Positions 1 to 7,705 of a DNA stretch of 15,644 nucleotides are shown here, piece by piece. The notes beneath the pieces were generated by a model, which was not told where the DNA came from, did not search any database, and saw nothing but the letters and a program-made list of their open reading frames with translations. This DNA is from an uncultured delta proteobacterium. GTDB taxonomy: Bacteria > Desulfobacterota > Desulfuromonadia > Desulfuromonadales > BM103. Position numbers and translations under genes: made by a program. The number at the start of each line of letters is the position of its first letter. Positions within the stretch are counted from its first letter, which is position 1. The stretch is from contig CAVQRZ010000037.1 in the NCBI GenBank assembly GCA_963715335.1, positions 1 through 15,644 of the forward strand, written 5' to 3'.

Positions 1-1
1 C

Positions 2-799
2 GGTGACATGGCAGATATGACGCACAAAAATCATGCCGCGACCAGTGTGGAACCGGGTGGGCACGTACATCCGGTCCAGACCGAGGACAGCACAGCCAAG
101 GTTGGTCTCGATGAAAAACTCGGCACCCGCATCCCCCTTGACCTGACCTTTCGCGATGAGCAGGGCAAGCCGGTCAAGTTGGTCGACCTGGTCACCATGC
201 CGACGATTATCGCCCCGGTTTATTACCGCTGTCCCAACGTCTGCCATTTCCTGCAGGGCGACCTGGCCCGTGTTTTGCCGGGTCTCAAGCTCAAGGCCGG
301 AGCTGACTACCAGGTCATCTCGTTCAGCTTCGATGCAAAGGAACAACCCGAGCTGGCCCAGCGTAGCCGGGACACCTACTATGCCGCGATGAAAAACCAG
401 TACCCGGACCAGGCATGGCGTTTCCTGACCGGTGACATGGACACAATTCTCAAGTTGACAGATGCGGCCGGCTACCGCTTCCAGAAGGTCGGAACTGAAT
501 TCCTGCACCCCGTCGTATTTTTTGTTGTCTCCTCAGACGGCATGATCGTGCGCTACCTTCACGGCACCCACGTGGTACCGAAGGACCTGACTTTGGCCCT
601 GTATGAAGCCAAATCGGGGCAGGTCGGCACCACGATCCGCAAGATGGTGCAATACTGTTTCAGCTTTGACCCGGAGCAAAAGACTTATGTTTTCAACATC
701 TTGCGCGTCTCGGCAACAGCGATTCTGACAACCCTTGCCATTTTCGCAGTCTACCTGGTCTTCGGCGGCAAAAAGTCTAAAAAGGATAAGAATTTATGA
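2..799 (+). CDS. sco: SCO1/SenC-family copper chaperone for cytochrome c oxidase (probably 5'-partial)
   Basis: CPNVC (CxxxC) motif, a downstream conserved His (FLHP) and a C-terminal TM helix. The frame is open to the window edge and no signal peptide is visible, so the true start is probably upstream. ATGA overlap with coxA. Confidence 0.92.
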   Translation, partial: GDMADMTHKNHAATSVEPGGHVHPVQTEDSTAKVGLDEKLGTRIPLDLTFRDEQGKPVKLVDLVTMPTIIAPVYYRCPNVCHFLQGDLARVLPGLKLKAGADYQVISFSFDAKEQPELAQRSRDTYYAAMKNQYPDQAWRFLTGDMDTILKLTDAAGYRFQKVGTEFLHPVVFFVVSSDGMIVRYLHGTHVVPKDLTLALYEAKSGQVGTTIRKMVQYCFSFDPEQKTYVFNILRVSATAILTTLAIFAVYLVFGGKKSKKDKNL

Positions 800-2424
800 G
801 TGATGTAACGACCTCGGCAACCAACGATCGCGGCTTTTTCGGAGAAGCCAACTACCCGGGGATTTTTGGCTGGATATTCTCCACCGACCACAAACGCATT
901 GGCCTGCTTTACTTCTGGTCCGTCACCATCTTTTTCTGTGTCGGAGTGCTACTCGGCCTGCTAATCCGCCTTGAGCTCTTTGCTCCCGGCGAAACGATCA
1001 TGGGTCCTCAAACCTACAACGCCGCGTTTACTCTGCATGGCGTGATCATGATTTTCCTGTTTATCATCCCGGGTATCCCGGCGGCCTTCGGCAACCTGAT
1101 CATGCCGATCCAGATCGGCGCTCGCGATGTCTCTTTCCCGAAGCTTAACCTCTTCTCCTGGTATCTTTATGTTTCTGGCGCAGCCCTTGCCGTCGGATCG
1201 CTGTTCACCGGTGGCGGCCCACCCGACACCGGTTGGACTTTCTACGTGCCCTTCTCGGCCCAGACCAGTACGAACGTTTCAATGGCAGCAGTCGCGGTTT
1301 TCTTCCTCGGTTTCTCGTCGATCCTCACCGGACTCAATTTTGTGACCACCATTCATCGGCTGAAAACCGAAGGCATGACCTGGATGCGCATCCCGCTCTT
1401 TACCTGGTCGCTCTATGCCACCGCATGGATCCAGATTCTCGCCACTCCGGTCATCGGCATCACCGTTGCCATGCTCTTCGCCGAGCGGGTCCTCGGCACC
1501 GGCCTCTTTGACCCGGCCCAGGGCGGCGATCCGATCATGTTCCAGCACCTGTTCTGGATTTACTCCCACCCGGCAGTCTACATCATGGTGCTGCCAGGCA
1601 TGGGAGTGGTCTCCGACATCGTTCCGGTCTTCTCTCGCAAGCCAGCCTTTGGCTACAAGGCAATCGTTGTCTCGAGTATAGCTATTGCCTTTGCCGGTTC
1701 GCTGGTATGGGCCCACCATATGTACACCAGCGGCATGTCAGACATGGCCGTTTTGATCTTCTCCTTTTTGACCTTCATTGTCGCCATTCCATCGGCAATC
1801 AAGGTCTTTAATTGGCTGGCGACCCTTTACGAAGGCTCAATCTTGCTCGATCCACCGCTCCTCTATGCCCTGTCGTTTATCCTGCTCTTCACTATTGGCG
1901 GACTAAGTGGACTGGTGCTTGGTGCGGCAGCAGCAGATGTACACGTGCATGACACTTACTTCGTTGTCGGCCACTTCCATTTCGTCATGTTCGGTGGCAC
2001 TGGCATGGCCTTCTTTGCCGCCATGCACTATTGGCTTCCAAAAATCTACGGCCGCATGTACGACAAAACCATCGCCACTGTCGCCTGGGCAGTGATTTTT
2101 GTCGGGTTCCTCGTCCTCTACATCTCAATGAAGGTCGTCGGGATGCAGGGCATGCCGCGGCGCTATTACGACTACGTCCCCGAGTTTACCGGTCTGAACC
2201 AACTTGCCACCGTCGGCTCATGGATTCTGGCGGTTGGCCTGATTCTGATGTTTGTCAACATCTTTCGCGGCATCTTCAAAGGAGACCCGGTCGGAGCCAA
2301 TCCATGGGGCGGAGCCAGCCTCGAGTGGCAAATACCCTCGCCGCCACCAACTGAGAATTTCGGTGAAGAGGACCCGATCGTCACCCACGGCCCCTACGAT
2401 TTCAAGAAGGCAGGCATACTATGA
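796..2424 (+). CDS. coxA: Cytochrome c oxidase subunit I (CoxA/CtaD), A2-type heme-copper oxygen reductase
   Basis: Motifs TDHKRIG, TLHGVIM, GWTFYVP, WIYSHPAVY, WAHHM, HDTYFVVGHFH and GMPRRY. Hydrophobic throughout, consistent with about 12 TM helices. Confidence 0.98.
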   Translation: MSDVTTSATNDRGFFGEANYPGIFGWIFSTDHKRIGLLYFWSVTIFFCVGVLLGLLIRLELFAPGETIMGPQTYNAAFTLHGVIMIFLFIIPGIPAAFGNLIMPIQIGARDVSFPKLNLFSWYLYVSGAALAVGSLFTGGGPPDTGWTFYVPFSAQTSTNVSMAAVAVFFLGFSSILTGLNFVTTIHRLKTEGMTWMRIPLFTWSLYATAWIQILATPVIGITVAMLFAERVLGTGLFDPAQGGDPIMFQHLFWIYSHPAVYIMVLPGMGVVSDIVPVFSRKPAFGYKAIVVSSIAIAFAGSLVWAHHMYTSGMSDMAVLIFSFLTFIVAIPSAIKVFNWLATLYEGSILLDPPLLYALSFILLFTIGGLSGLVLGAAAADVHVHDTYFVVGHFHFVMFGGTGMAFFAAMHYWLPKIYGRMYDKTIATVAWAVIFVGFLVLYISMKVVGMQGMPRRYYDYVPEFTGLNQLATVGSWILAVGLILMFVNIFRGIFKGDPVGANPWGGASLEWQIPSPPPTENFGEEDPIVTHGPYDFKKAGIL

Positions 2425-3026
2425 GCGGGCATGTGCACAAGGACTATACCGGCGCCAAGTTCGGCATGTGGCTCTTTCTCTTCACCGAGGTTTTGCTCTT
2501 TGGCGGGCTCTTTCTCCTCTACGCAGTCTACTTGGCACGTTATCCCCAGGAATTCATTTCTGCCGGCAAAGAGCTCAACGTGTGGTTTGGCGGAGCCAAC
2601 ACTCTGGTACTCCTGACCAGCAGCCTCTTTGTTGCTATTTCGATCACCGCCCTGCGCCGGGGTGCAAAGCGACTCTGCCTTGGACTACTCAGCGGTACAG
2701 TTGCCTGTGCAGCCATCTTTATGATCAACAAGTATTTCGAATGGGGCGCCAAAATTAATCACGGCATCTATCCTGGCTCGGCACATCTGAAAGAGATGCA
2801 ACCCGGTGAAATGATGTTTTTCAACCTCTATTACCTGACCACCGGTCTCCACGGTCTGCACGTGATTATCGGCGCCCTGATTCTGGTCTGGGCCATGTTC
2901 CTCATCAAGTGTGACAAGGTAAATGCCAACGACTGGGTTATCCTCGAGAATGCCGGCCTCTACTGGCACCTGGTTGACCTGATCTGGATTTTTGTTTTCC
3001 CGCTTTACTATTTGATTTTGCATTAG
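2421..3026 (+). CDS. coxC: Cytochrome c oxidase subunit III (CoxC/CtaE)
   Basis: Motifs GMWLFLFTEVLLFGGLF, TGLHGLHV and GLYWHLVDLIWIFVFP. ATGA overlap with coxA. Confidence 0.97.
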   Translation: MSGHVHKDYTGAKFGMWLFLFTEVLLFGGLFLLYAVYLARYPQEFISAGKELNVWFGGANTLVLLTSSLFVAISITALRRGAKRLCLGLLSGTVACAAIFMINKYFEWGAKINHGIYPGSAHLKEMQPGEMMFFNLYYLTTGLHGLHVIIGALILVWAMFLIKCDKVNANDWVILENAGLYWHLVDLIWIFVFPLYYLILH

Positions 3027-3062
3027 GGGAAAGGAACGAGGTACGCGGTACGTGGGCCGCGG
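3026..3062. repeat. Degenerate GG-N5 heptamer tandem array (5 units)
   Basis: ggggaaa ggaacga ggtacgc ggtacgt gggccgc gg. Bases 3033-3045 are the exact reverse complement of 8795-8807. Confidence 0.7.
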
Positions 3063-3072
3063 AAAAAAAATC

Positions 3073-3192
3073 TTTAATCGCCCGCTCGCTGCGTTCACTC
3101 AAGACGCAAAAAAGCTAAAGAGAACACCAACGCTTTGCTTTTAAACAATTAGAAATTTGACTTTCTCTGCGCCTTTGCGCCTTTGCGTTAAA
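3073..3192. repeat. Octamer-based imperfect inverted-repeat element (copy A)
   Basis: Right arm ctctgcgc ctttgcgc ctttgcgt (3165-3188); degenerate left arm aagacgcaaaaaagctaaag. The 18-mer 3172-3189 is identical to 7655-7672. Confidence 0.75.
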
Positions 3193-3215
3193 TATGATTT
3201 TCACATGAGGTAGTT

Positions 3216-3500
3216 ATGTCCGAAGAACATGCCCATATCGTCCCATATAAAACCTTCACGATTGTCTGGATCGGCCTGCTGGCCCTCACCGGAATAACCA
3301 TTGCTGTGGCCCAATATGACCTGGGTGCATTGAATGTCTGGGTGGCCCTTGGCATTGCCATACTTAAATCGGGTCTGGTCGTGGCTGTCTTCATGCATAT
3401 GAAATATGAGAGCCGCCTTTTCAAGCTATCGCTCTTTGCGGCGCTGGCGATCCTGGCGATTTTTATCGGGTTGAACTTTTTTGATGTTCTTTACCGCTGA
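3216..3500 (+). CDS. coxD: Cytochrome c oxidase subunit IV family protein (CoxD/CtaF)
   Basis: 94 aa with three hydrophobic segments and the motif IAILKSGLVVAVFMHMKYE. GAGGT ribosome-binding site. Operon position. Confidence 0.93.
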   Translation: MSEEHAHIVPYKTFTIVWIGLLALTGITIAVAQYDLGALNVWVALGIAILKSGLVVAVFMHMKYESRLFKLSLFAALAILAIFIGLNFFDVLYR

Positions 3501-3509
3501 GGAGGGCCT

Positions 3510-4832
3510 GTGAACACCCAACCCTTGATCACTACCACTGAAGCTGTCGACAAGGTCTTCTATGTCATCTTTGGCATCAGCGGCATCGCCCTTCTTGGCA
3601 TCACGATAGCCACTGTTTATCTTTGCTGGCGCTACAACCGCAAACGGTATCCTGTGCCGCTCAGTCAGAAGGACCACAACGTCTGGCTTGAAGTCACCTG
3701 GACGGTTGTCCCAACGATTCTGGTCGGTATCATGTTCTGGTACGGCTGGGAAGGCTACTTGTCGCTACGACGAGTTCCCGACAATGCCATCCCGGTCCAG
3801 GGAACAGCGCGCATGTGGTCGTGGCTCTTCACCTACGAGAACGGCAAAACCTCCGACAAGCTTTATGTCCCTGTCGGGCAACCGGTAAACGTCAGGCTCA
3901 ACTCAGTAGACGTATTGCACGCCTTTTATGTCCCGGCGTTCCGAGTCAAGCGCGACTGCGTGCCGGGGATGGAGACCTACGCCTGGTTTGTTGCCGAGGA
4001 ACCAGGCAGCTACGACCTGTTCTGCGCCGAGTATTGCGGCGTCGCCCACTCCGCCATGATCACCACCGTGGAAGCGATCCCGGCGCCCGAGTTTGCCGCC
4101 TGGCTCGAAGATAAGCCGGTCGCGGCAGAAGCGGGCAAGGCCTTGTTGCAGAAACACGGCTGTCTCGGCTGTCACTCCGTCGATGGCACACCGTCGGTCG
4201 GCCCGACCTTCCAGGGGATCGGCGGCCGCCAGGTAAATGTTGTAACCGACGGTTCAAAACAGACTCTGACAACCGATCGTGCTTATCTGGAGAAATCCAT
4301 ACTTGAGCCGAATGCCGATATCGTCGAAGGCTTCCCGCCGGCCATGCCCCCTTATGCCGGCCGCATTCCGGAAGAAGACATGACCGGGATCCTGGATTAC
4401 CTGATGGAATCAAAAGACGGCGAGGCCCAGGCTGAACCTGCAATAGAGGAAAAGCCGGCCGCTCAATCGTCTCCGGAACCGGAGCCTGCAAAACAAGAGG
4501 CGGCCAAACCGGTAGAGACGACTGCTGCGCCGGCTGACCCCGTCGAGCGCGGCAAGTCTCTGGCTGGGCAGAATGGCTGCCTCGGCTGCCACAGTACCGA
4601 CGGCACCCGCAAAGTCGGTCCGAGTCTCAAAGGGCTGATCGGCAGCGAGCGTCCCGTTACCAGGGATGGTCAATCGGCCAGGGTCCAGGCTGACACGGAC
4701 TACCTGATCCGGGCTATCCGGGAGCCGGGTGCAGAAATTTCCGAAGGCTACCCGGCGGCAATGCCGCCCTACCCGGGTTTGAACGATGATGACATCAAGG
4801 CGATACAAAGCTGGATGGAAACGTTGGAATAA
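3510..4832 (+). CDS. coxB: Cytochrome c oxidase subunit II (CoxB/CtaC) with two C-terminal cytochrome c domains
   Basis: Two TM helices (LEVTWTVVP). CuA ligands DVLHAF and CAEYCGVAHSAM. CLGCH at 4161-4175 and 4578-4592, each followed by a distal AMPPY Met. GTG start preceded by GAGGAG. Confidence 0.97.
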   Translation: MNTQPLITTTEAVDKVFYVIFGISGIALLGITIATVYLCWRYNRKRYPVPLSQKDHNVWLEVTWTVVPTILVGIMFWYGWEGYLSLRRVPDNAIPVQGTARMWSWLFTYENGKTSDKLYVPVGQPVNVRLNSVDVLHAFYVPAFRVKRDCVPGMETYAWFVAEEPGSYDLFCAEYCGVAHSAMITTVEAIPAPEFAAWLEDKPVAAEAGKALLQKHGCLGCHSVDGTPSVGPTFQGIGGRQVNVVTDGSKQTLTTDRAYLEKSILEPNADIVEGFPPAMPPYAGRIPEEDMTGILDYLMESKDGEAQAEPAIEEKPAAQSSPEPEPAKQEAAKPVETTAAPADPVERGKSLAGQNGCLGCHSTDGTRKVGPSLKGLIGSERPVTRDGQSARVQADTDYLIRAIREPGAEISEGYPAAMPPYPGLNDDDIKAIQSWMETLE

Positions 4833-4857
4833 GCTGTGCCGCAGAGGAACTTAACTC

Positions 4858-4948
4858 GCCGCCAAGACTTCAAGACACAAAGATGTCCTCTGATTGGTGT
4901 TATTACGGGAACGGCAAATTTTTCTTTGAGCCTTAGTGTCTTTGTGGC
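4858..4948. repeat. Octamer-based imperfect inverted-repeat element (copy B)
   Basis: Left arm gccgccaag acttcaag acacaaag (4858-4882); right arm ctttgagc cttagtgt ctttgtggc (4924-4948). Confidence 0.7.
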
Positions 4949-4982
4949 AGACGAATCATGACCCGGATCGACAGAACCAATA

Positions 4983-5882
4983 ATGCATGCCTTCTCTAGT
5001 ACCATGACGAACCTGACGGCCCTGAGCCGCCTGGTCCGCCTGCCGCTCTCAGCGATGGTCGCGCTCTCGGCGCTGGCCGGGGCTCTGGCCGCGAGCCCTT
5101 ACCTGCCCTGGCTGAAGCTTTGGGGGGTTGTCTGGGGGATATTTCTGCTGAGCGCCGCCTGCTCGGTCCTCAACCAGGTCCAGGAGCGTTTCACCGACAC
5201 CCTGATGCGCCGCACCTGCCACCGGCCACTCGCTTGTGGTGACCTGGCACCGGGAGCCGGCACGACGGTGGGGCTGCTTTTGGCCAGCGGCGGACTCGGT
5301 GTCCTGCTTGCCACCTCTGGCAGCGCGGCCACTCTGCTTGGCCTGGCTGCAACCGTCTGGTACCTGGCGGTCTATACGCCACTGAAGCGGATATCTTCCC
5401 TGGCCGTGATTGCCGGCACCCCCTGTGGCGCTCTGCCGCCCCTGATCGGCTGGGTTGCTGCAGGGGGTGATCCGTTCGACCCCCGGCCACTCTCGCTGGC
5501 CCTGCTAATGGTGCTCTGGCAGGTCCCTCATTATTGGCTGCTGGCCATCCCCGACCGTGAGGAACTCGTGCGCGCCGGCTTCAAGGTCCTGCCGGCCAGG
5601 ATGTCGGGGCACCAGTTGTTGGGTGTCAGCCATTTCTGGATTCTCGGCATGATCACCGCCACCTTGCTGCTGCCACCCTTCAAACTGGTACAACTGCCGT
5701 TGCTCCAGGGTCTGGTTGCCGGTCTGGCAATCGTCTTCGCGGTCTGGACCACCCGGGTCCAGCACAAGACCCTTTTCATCGAAAAAACCGCGCAAAAACT
5801 CCGTATCGGCCTGCATCTCTATCTCGGCCTGGTGTTGGGCACCATTCTACTCAGCGGACTATTGCTCCGATTCATCTACTAA
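4983..5882 (+). CDS. ctaB: Protoheme IX farnesyltransferase (heme O synthase, CtaB/CyoE)
   Basis: Motifs LNQVQERFTDTLMRRTCHRPL, YTPLKR, GALPPLIGW and WQVPHYWLL. UbiA-type membrane protein at the end of the cox operon. The start may instead be the ATG at 5004. Confidence 0.93.
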   Translation: MHAFSSTMTNLTALSRLVRLPLSAMVALSALAGALAASPYLPWLKLWGVVWGIFLLSAACSVLNQVQERFTDTLMRRTCHRPLACGDLAPGAGTTVGLLLASGGLGVLLATSGSAATLLGLAATVWYLAVYTPLKRISSLAVIAGTPCGALPPLIGWVAAGGDPFDPRPLSLALLMVLWQVPHYWLLAIPDREELVRAGFKVLPARMSGHQLLGVSHFWILGMITATLLLPPFKLVQLPLLQGLVAGLAIVFAVWTTRVQHKTLFIEKTAQKLRIGLHLYLGLVLGTILLSGLLLRFIY

Positions 5883-5976
5883 ACCAAAGACCTCGAGGGG
5901 CAATCTTTTCAGCGGACGCTGATCAAATTTGATCAATGCGGATCGTCATATTTTTAATTATTATTTTCAGTTTTGA

Positions 5977-6294
5977 TCAGCAATCGGGTCTCTTGCGATC
6001 ACGTTTCTTATCCCCCTGCTTGCGCTTGGCATCCAGGCGCCTGGCAATGACGGCCTTGCCGGGGCGGGTCTTGATTCTGGGGCGCCGCTTTTTCAGGCGG
6101 ACAGCGAGCCTCTCCTCAAGGCGCGCAGTGGCACGCTGCAGGTTCATATGCCGTGAACGCGATTCGGTGGCCGTCGCGACGATTCCCGTGGGCAGATGGG
6201 TGATGCGCACCCCGGTTTCGCTGGTGTTGCGGTGCTGGCCGCCGGGCCCGGAGCCCCGGTAGTAATCAATCTTCAAATCCTTGGGATTCAACAT
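5977..6294 (-). CDS. arfB: ArfB/YaeJ-like peptidyl-tRNA hydrolase (stand-alone GGQ release-factor domain with basic tail)
   Basis: Motifs [10 protein letters not shown] and [11 protein letters not shown]. Very basic C-terminal tail [31 protein letters not shown]. Confidence 0.8.
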   Translation of the reverse strand: MLNPKDLKIDYYRGSGPGGQHRNTSETGVRITHLPTGIVATATESRSRHMNLQRATARLEERLAVRLKKRRPRIKTRPGKAVIARRLDAKRKQGDKKRDRKRPDC

Positions 6295-6310
6295 ATCTCA
6301 AACCGTTTCG

Positions 6311-6374
6311 GGTACGTGGTGTACGGTGCGTGGACAATCAAAAACCGCGTGCCAAGAGTCTCAATCCTCGAACC
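6311..6374. repeat. Heptamer array in inverted arrangement (GG-N5 units, then N5-CC units)
   Basis: ggtacgt ggtgtac ggtgcgt ggacaat ... gcgtgcc aagagtc tcaatcc tcgaacc. Confidence 0.55.
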
Positions 6375-6389
6375 TAAAAGTAGAGTTTA

Positions 6390-6418
6390 TTGGCAGATGT
6401 ATGCTAGAAAGATAAAGT
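6390..6418 (+). promoter_or_regulatory. Putative sigma70 promoter for the ACT-def operon
   Basis: TTGGCA-N17-TAAAGT, ending 33 nt before the ATG at 6452. Confidence 0.3.
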
Positions 6419-6451
6419 TATTCAACCATTGTGTCAAAGAGGGAGTCCGCC

Positions 6452-6991
6452 ATGAACCATTTCGCCCTGACTATCGTTGGCCGTGACCGCCCCGGGATCG
6501 TCTCCCAGGTGACCGAGATTCTGTTCAAGCAGGGCTGCAATCTTGCTGATTCGAGCTGCTCGATTCTCGGTGGCCAGTTCGCCATGATCCTGATTCTCGG
6601 CCACCCGGAATTCACCGACCGGGCGAGCTTTGGTGACGCCTTCAAGCCCCTGGAAGATTCTGATCTGTCAGTTGCCTTGCGCGTTCTCAAGCAGGGCGGT
6701 GAGATTCGCTCACATATCGAAGGCGACATCTGCATGATCTCCGTCTACGGCTCCGACAAACCGGGGATCGTTTACCGGGTAGCCAATGTGCTTGGTGAAA
6801 AAAAGGTCAACATCACCGACCTGAACACCAAGCTGGTCGGCACCGAGGAGCGGCCCGTTTACGTGATGGTCATCGAGGCTGCCCTGCCCGACGGGGTTGA
6901 TGAGGAGGATGTCGACAACTGGCTGTCACCGATCCGCGATGAGATGCAGGTCGACATCAACGTGCGCAGCATCCCGACCGTGGAACTCTGA
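6452..6991 (+). CDS. GcvR-like tandem ACT-domain protein
   Basis: Two ACT repeats (GRDRPGIV and GSDKPGIV). The ATG at 6452 follows GAGGGAG and is preferred over the GTG at 6431. Confidence 0.88.
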   Translation: MNHFALTIVGRDRPGIVSQVTEILFKQGCNLADSSCSILGGQFAMILILGHPEFTDRASFGDAFKPLEDSDLSVALRVLKQGGEIRSHIEGDICMISVYGSDKPGIVYRVANVLGEKKVNITDLNTKLVGTEERPVYVMVIEAALPDGVDEEDVDNWLSPIRDEMQVDINVRSIPTVEL

Positions 6992-6993
6992 CC

Positions 6994-7497
6994 ATGGCCG
7001 TACGTCCCATCCGGGTTTATCCTGACCCGATTCTCAAACAGGTAGCCGATCCGGTTGAGCAGATCGACGAGAGCCTTGTCGAGGTCGTCCAGGACTTGGT
7101 CGACACCATGCTCGATGCCGGTCATTCGGTGGGCGTTGCCGCGCCGCAGATCGGCGTACTGCAACGCGTAGTGGTAGTCGATGTTTCCAAAAGCAAGCTC
7201 GGCAGGAACAACAATCACGGCCTGCTCGAAATGGTCAATCCGGAAATCATCGAAAGGTCCGGCAGCAAGACGATGCGCGAAGGCTGTATGAGCGTGCCTG
7301 ACTACACCGGCAATGTCACCAGGGCCGAGCATATTGTCGTAGAATTTACCAACCGCAAAGGCCAGCTTCGCGTCATCGAGGCGAGCGATTTTGAAGCGGT
7401 AGCCATCCAGCACGAAATGGACCACCTCGACGGGTTGCTGTTTCTTGACCGGGTATCGAGTCTGAAAACTGACCTTTATCGACGTAAGAGCACATAA
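6994..7497 (+). CDS. def: Peptide deformylase
   Basis: Motifs YPDPILKQ, SVGVAAPQIG, EGCMS and QHEMDHLDG. Confidence 0.95.
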   Translation: MAVRPIRVYPDPILKQVADPVEQIDESLVEVVQDLVDTMLDAGHSVGVAAPQIGVLQRVVVVDVSKSKLGRNNNHGLLEMVNPEIIERSGSKTMREGCMSVPDYTGNVTRAEHIVVEFTNRKGQLRVIEASDFEAVAIQHEMDHLDGLLFLDRVSSLKTDLYRRKST

Positions 7498-7577
7498 GAC
7501 AGGCTGAACCGTTGAATTGGGCTATGTCAGTTGAAAGTTTTAGCATCACCGCACTTCAACAATCGAAAAAAACATTT

Positions 7578-7672
7578 AACGCAAAGACGCAAAGTTAAAA
7601 GAAAGTGTTTTTAATTCCTTTTTGAAAAACTTTTTCTTTGCATCTTGAATCACACCTTTGCGCCTTTGCGTT
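7578..7672. repeat. Octamer-based inverted-repeat element (copy C)
   Basis: aacgcaaagacgcaaag (7578-7594) and ctttgcgcctttgcgtt (7656-7672) form a 17-bp inverted repeat with one mismatch around an AT-rich spacer. Confidence 0.85.
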
Positions 7673-7705
7673 TCAAATTTTTGTTTTTTGGAAAGATAAA
7701 CATCT

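Noticed and set aside
5920..5935. FNR box
   Set aside because: The half-sites are not arranged as TTGAT-N4-ATCAA, and the site is downstream of both flanking genes.
6390..6405. Sigma54-like TTGGCAG...TGCT upstream of the ACT gene
   Set aside because: The GG-to-GC spacing is 9 nt, not the required 10.
156..7425. Numerous short alternative-frame or antisense ORFs within cox, arfB and def (e.g. 1279-1719, 2252-2758, 6859-7425)
   Set aside because: They overlap well-supported genes and lack independent motifs or ribosome-binding sites.
7501..7567. Recurring gttgaa/ttcaac words after def, and two heptamer-like units at 9497-9510
   Set aside because: These are too few and too degenerate to distinguish from chance by eye.
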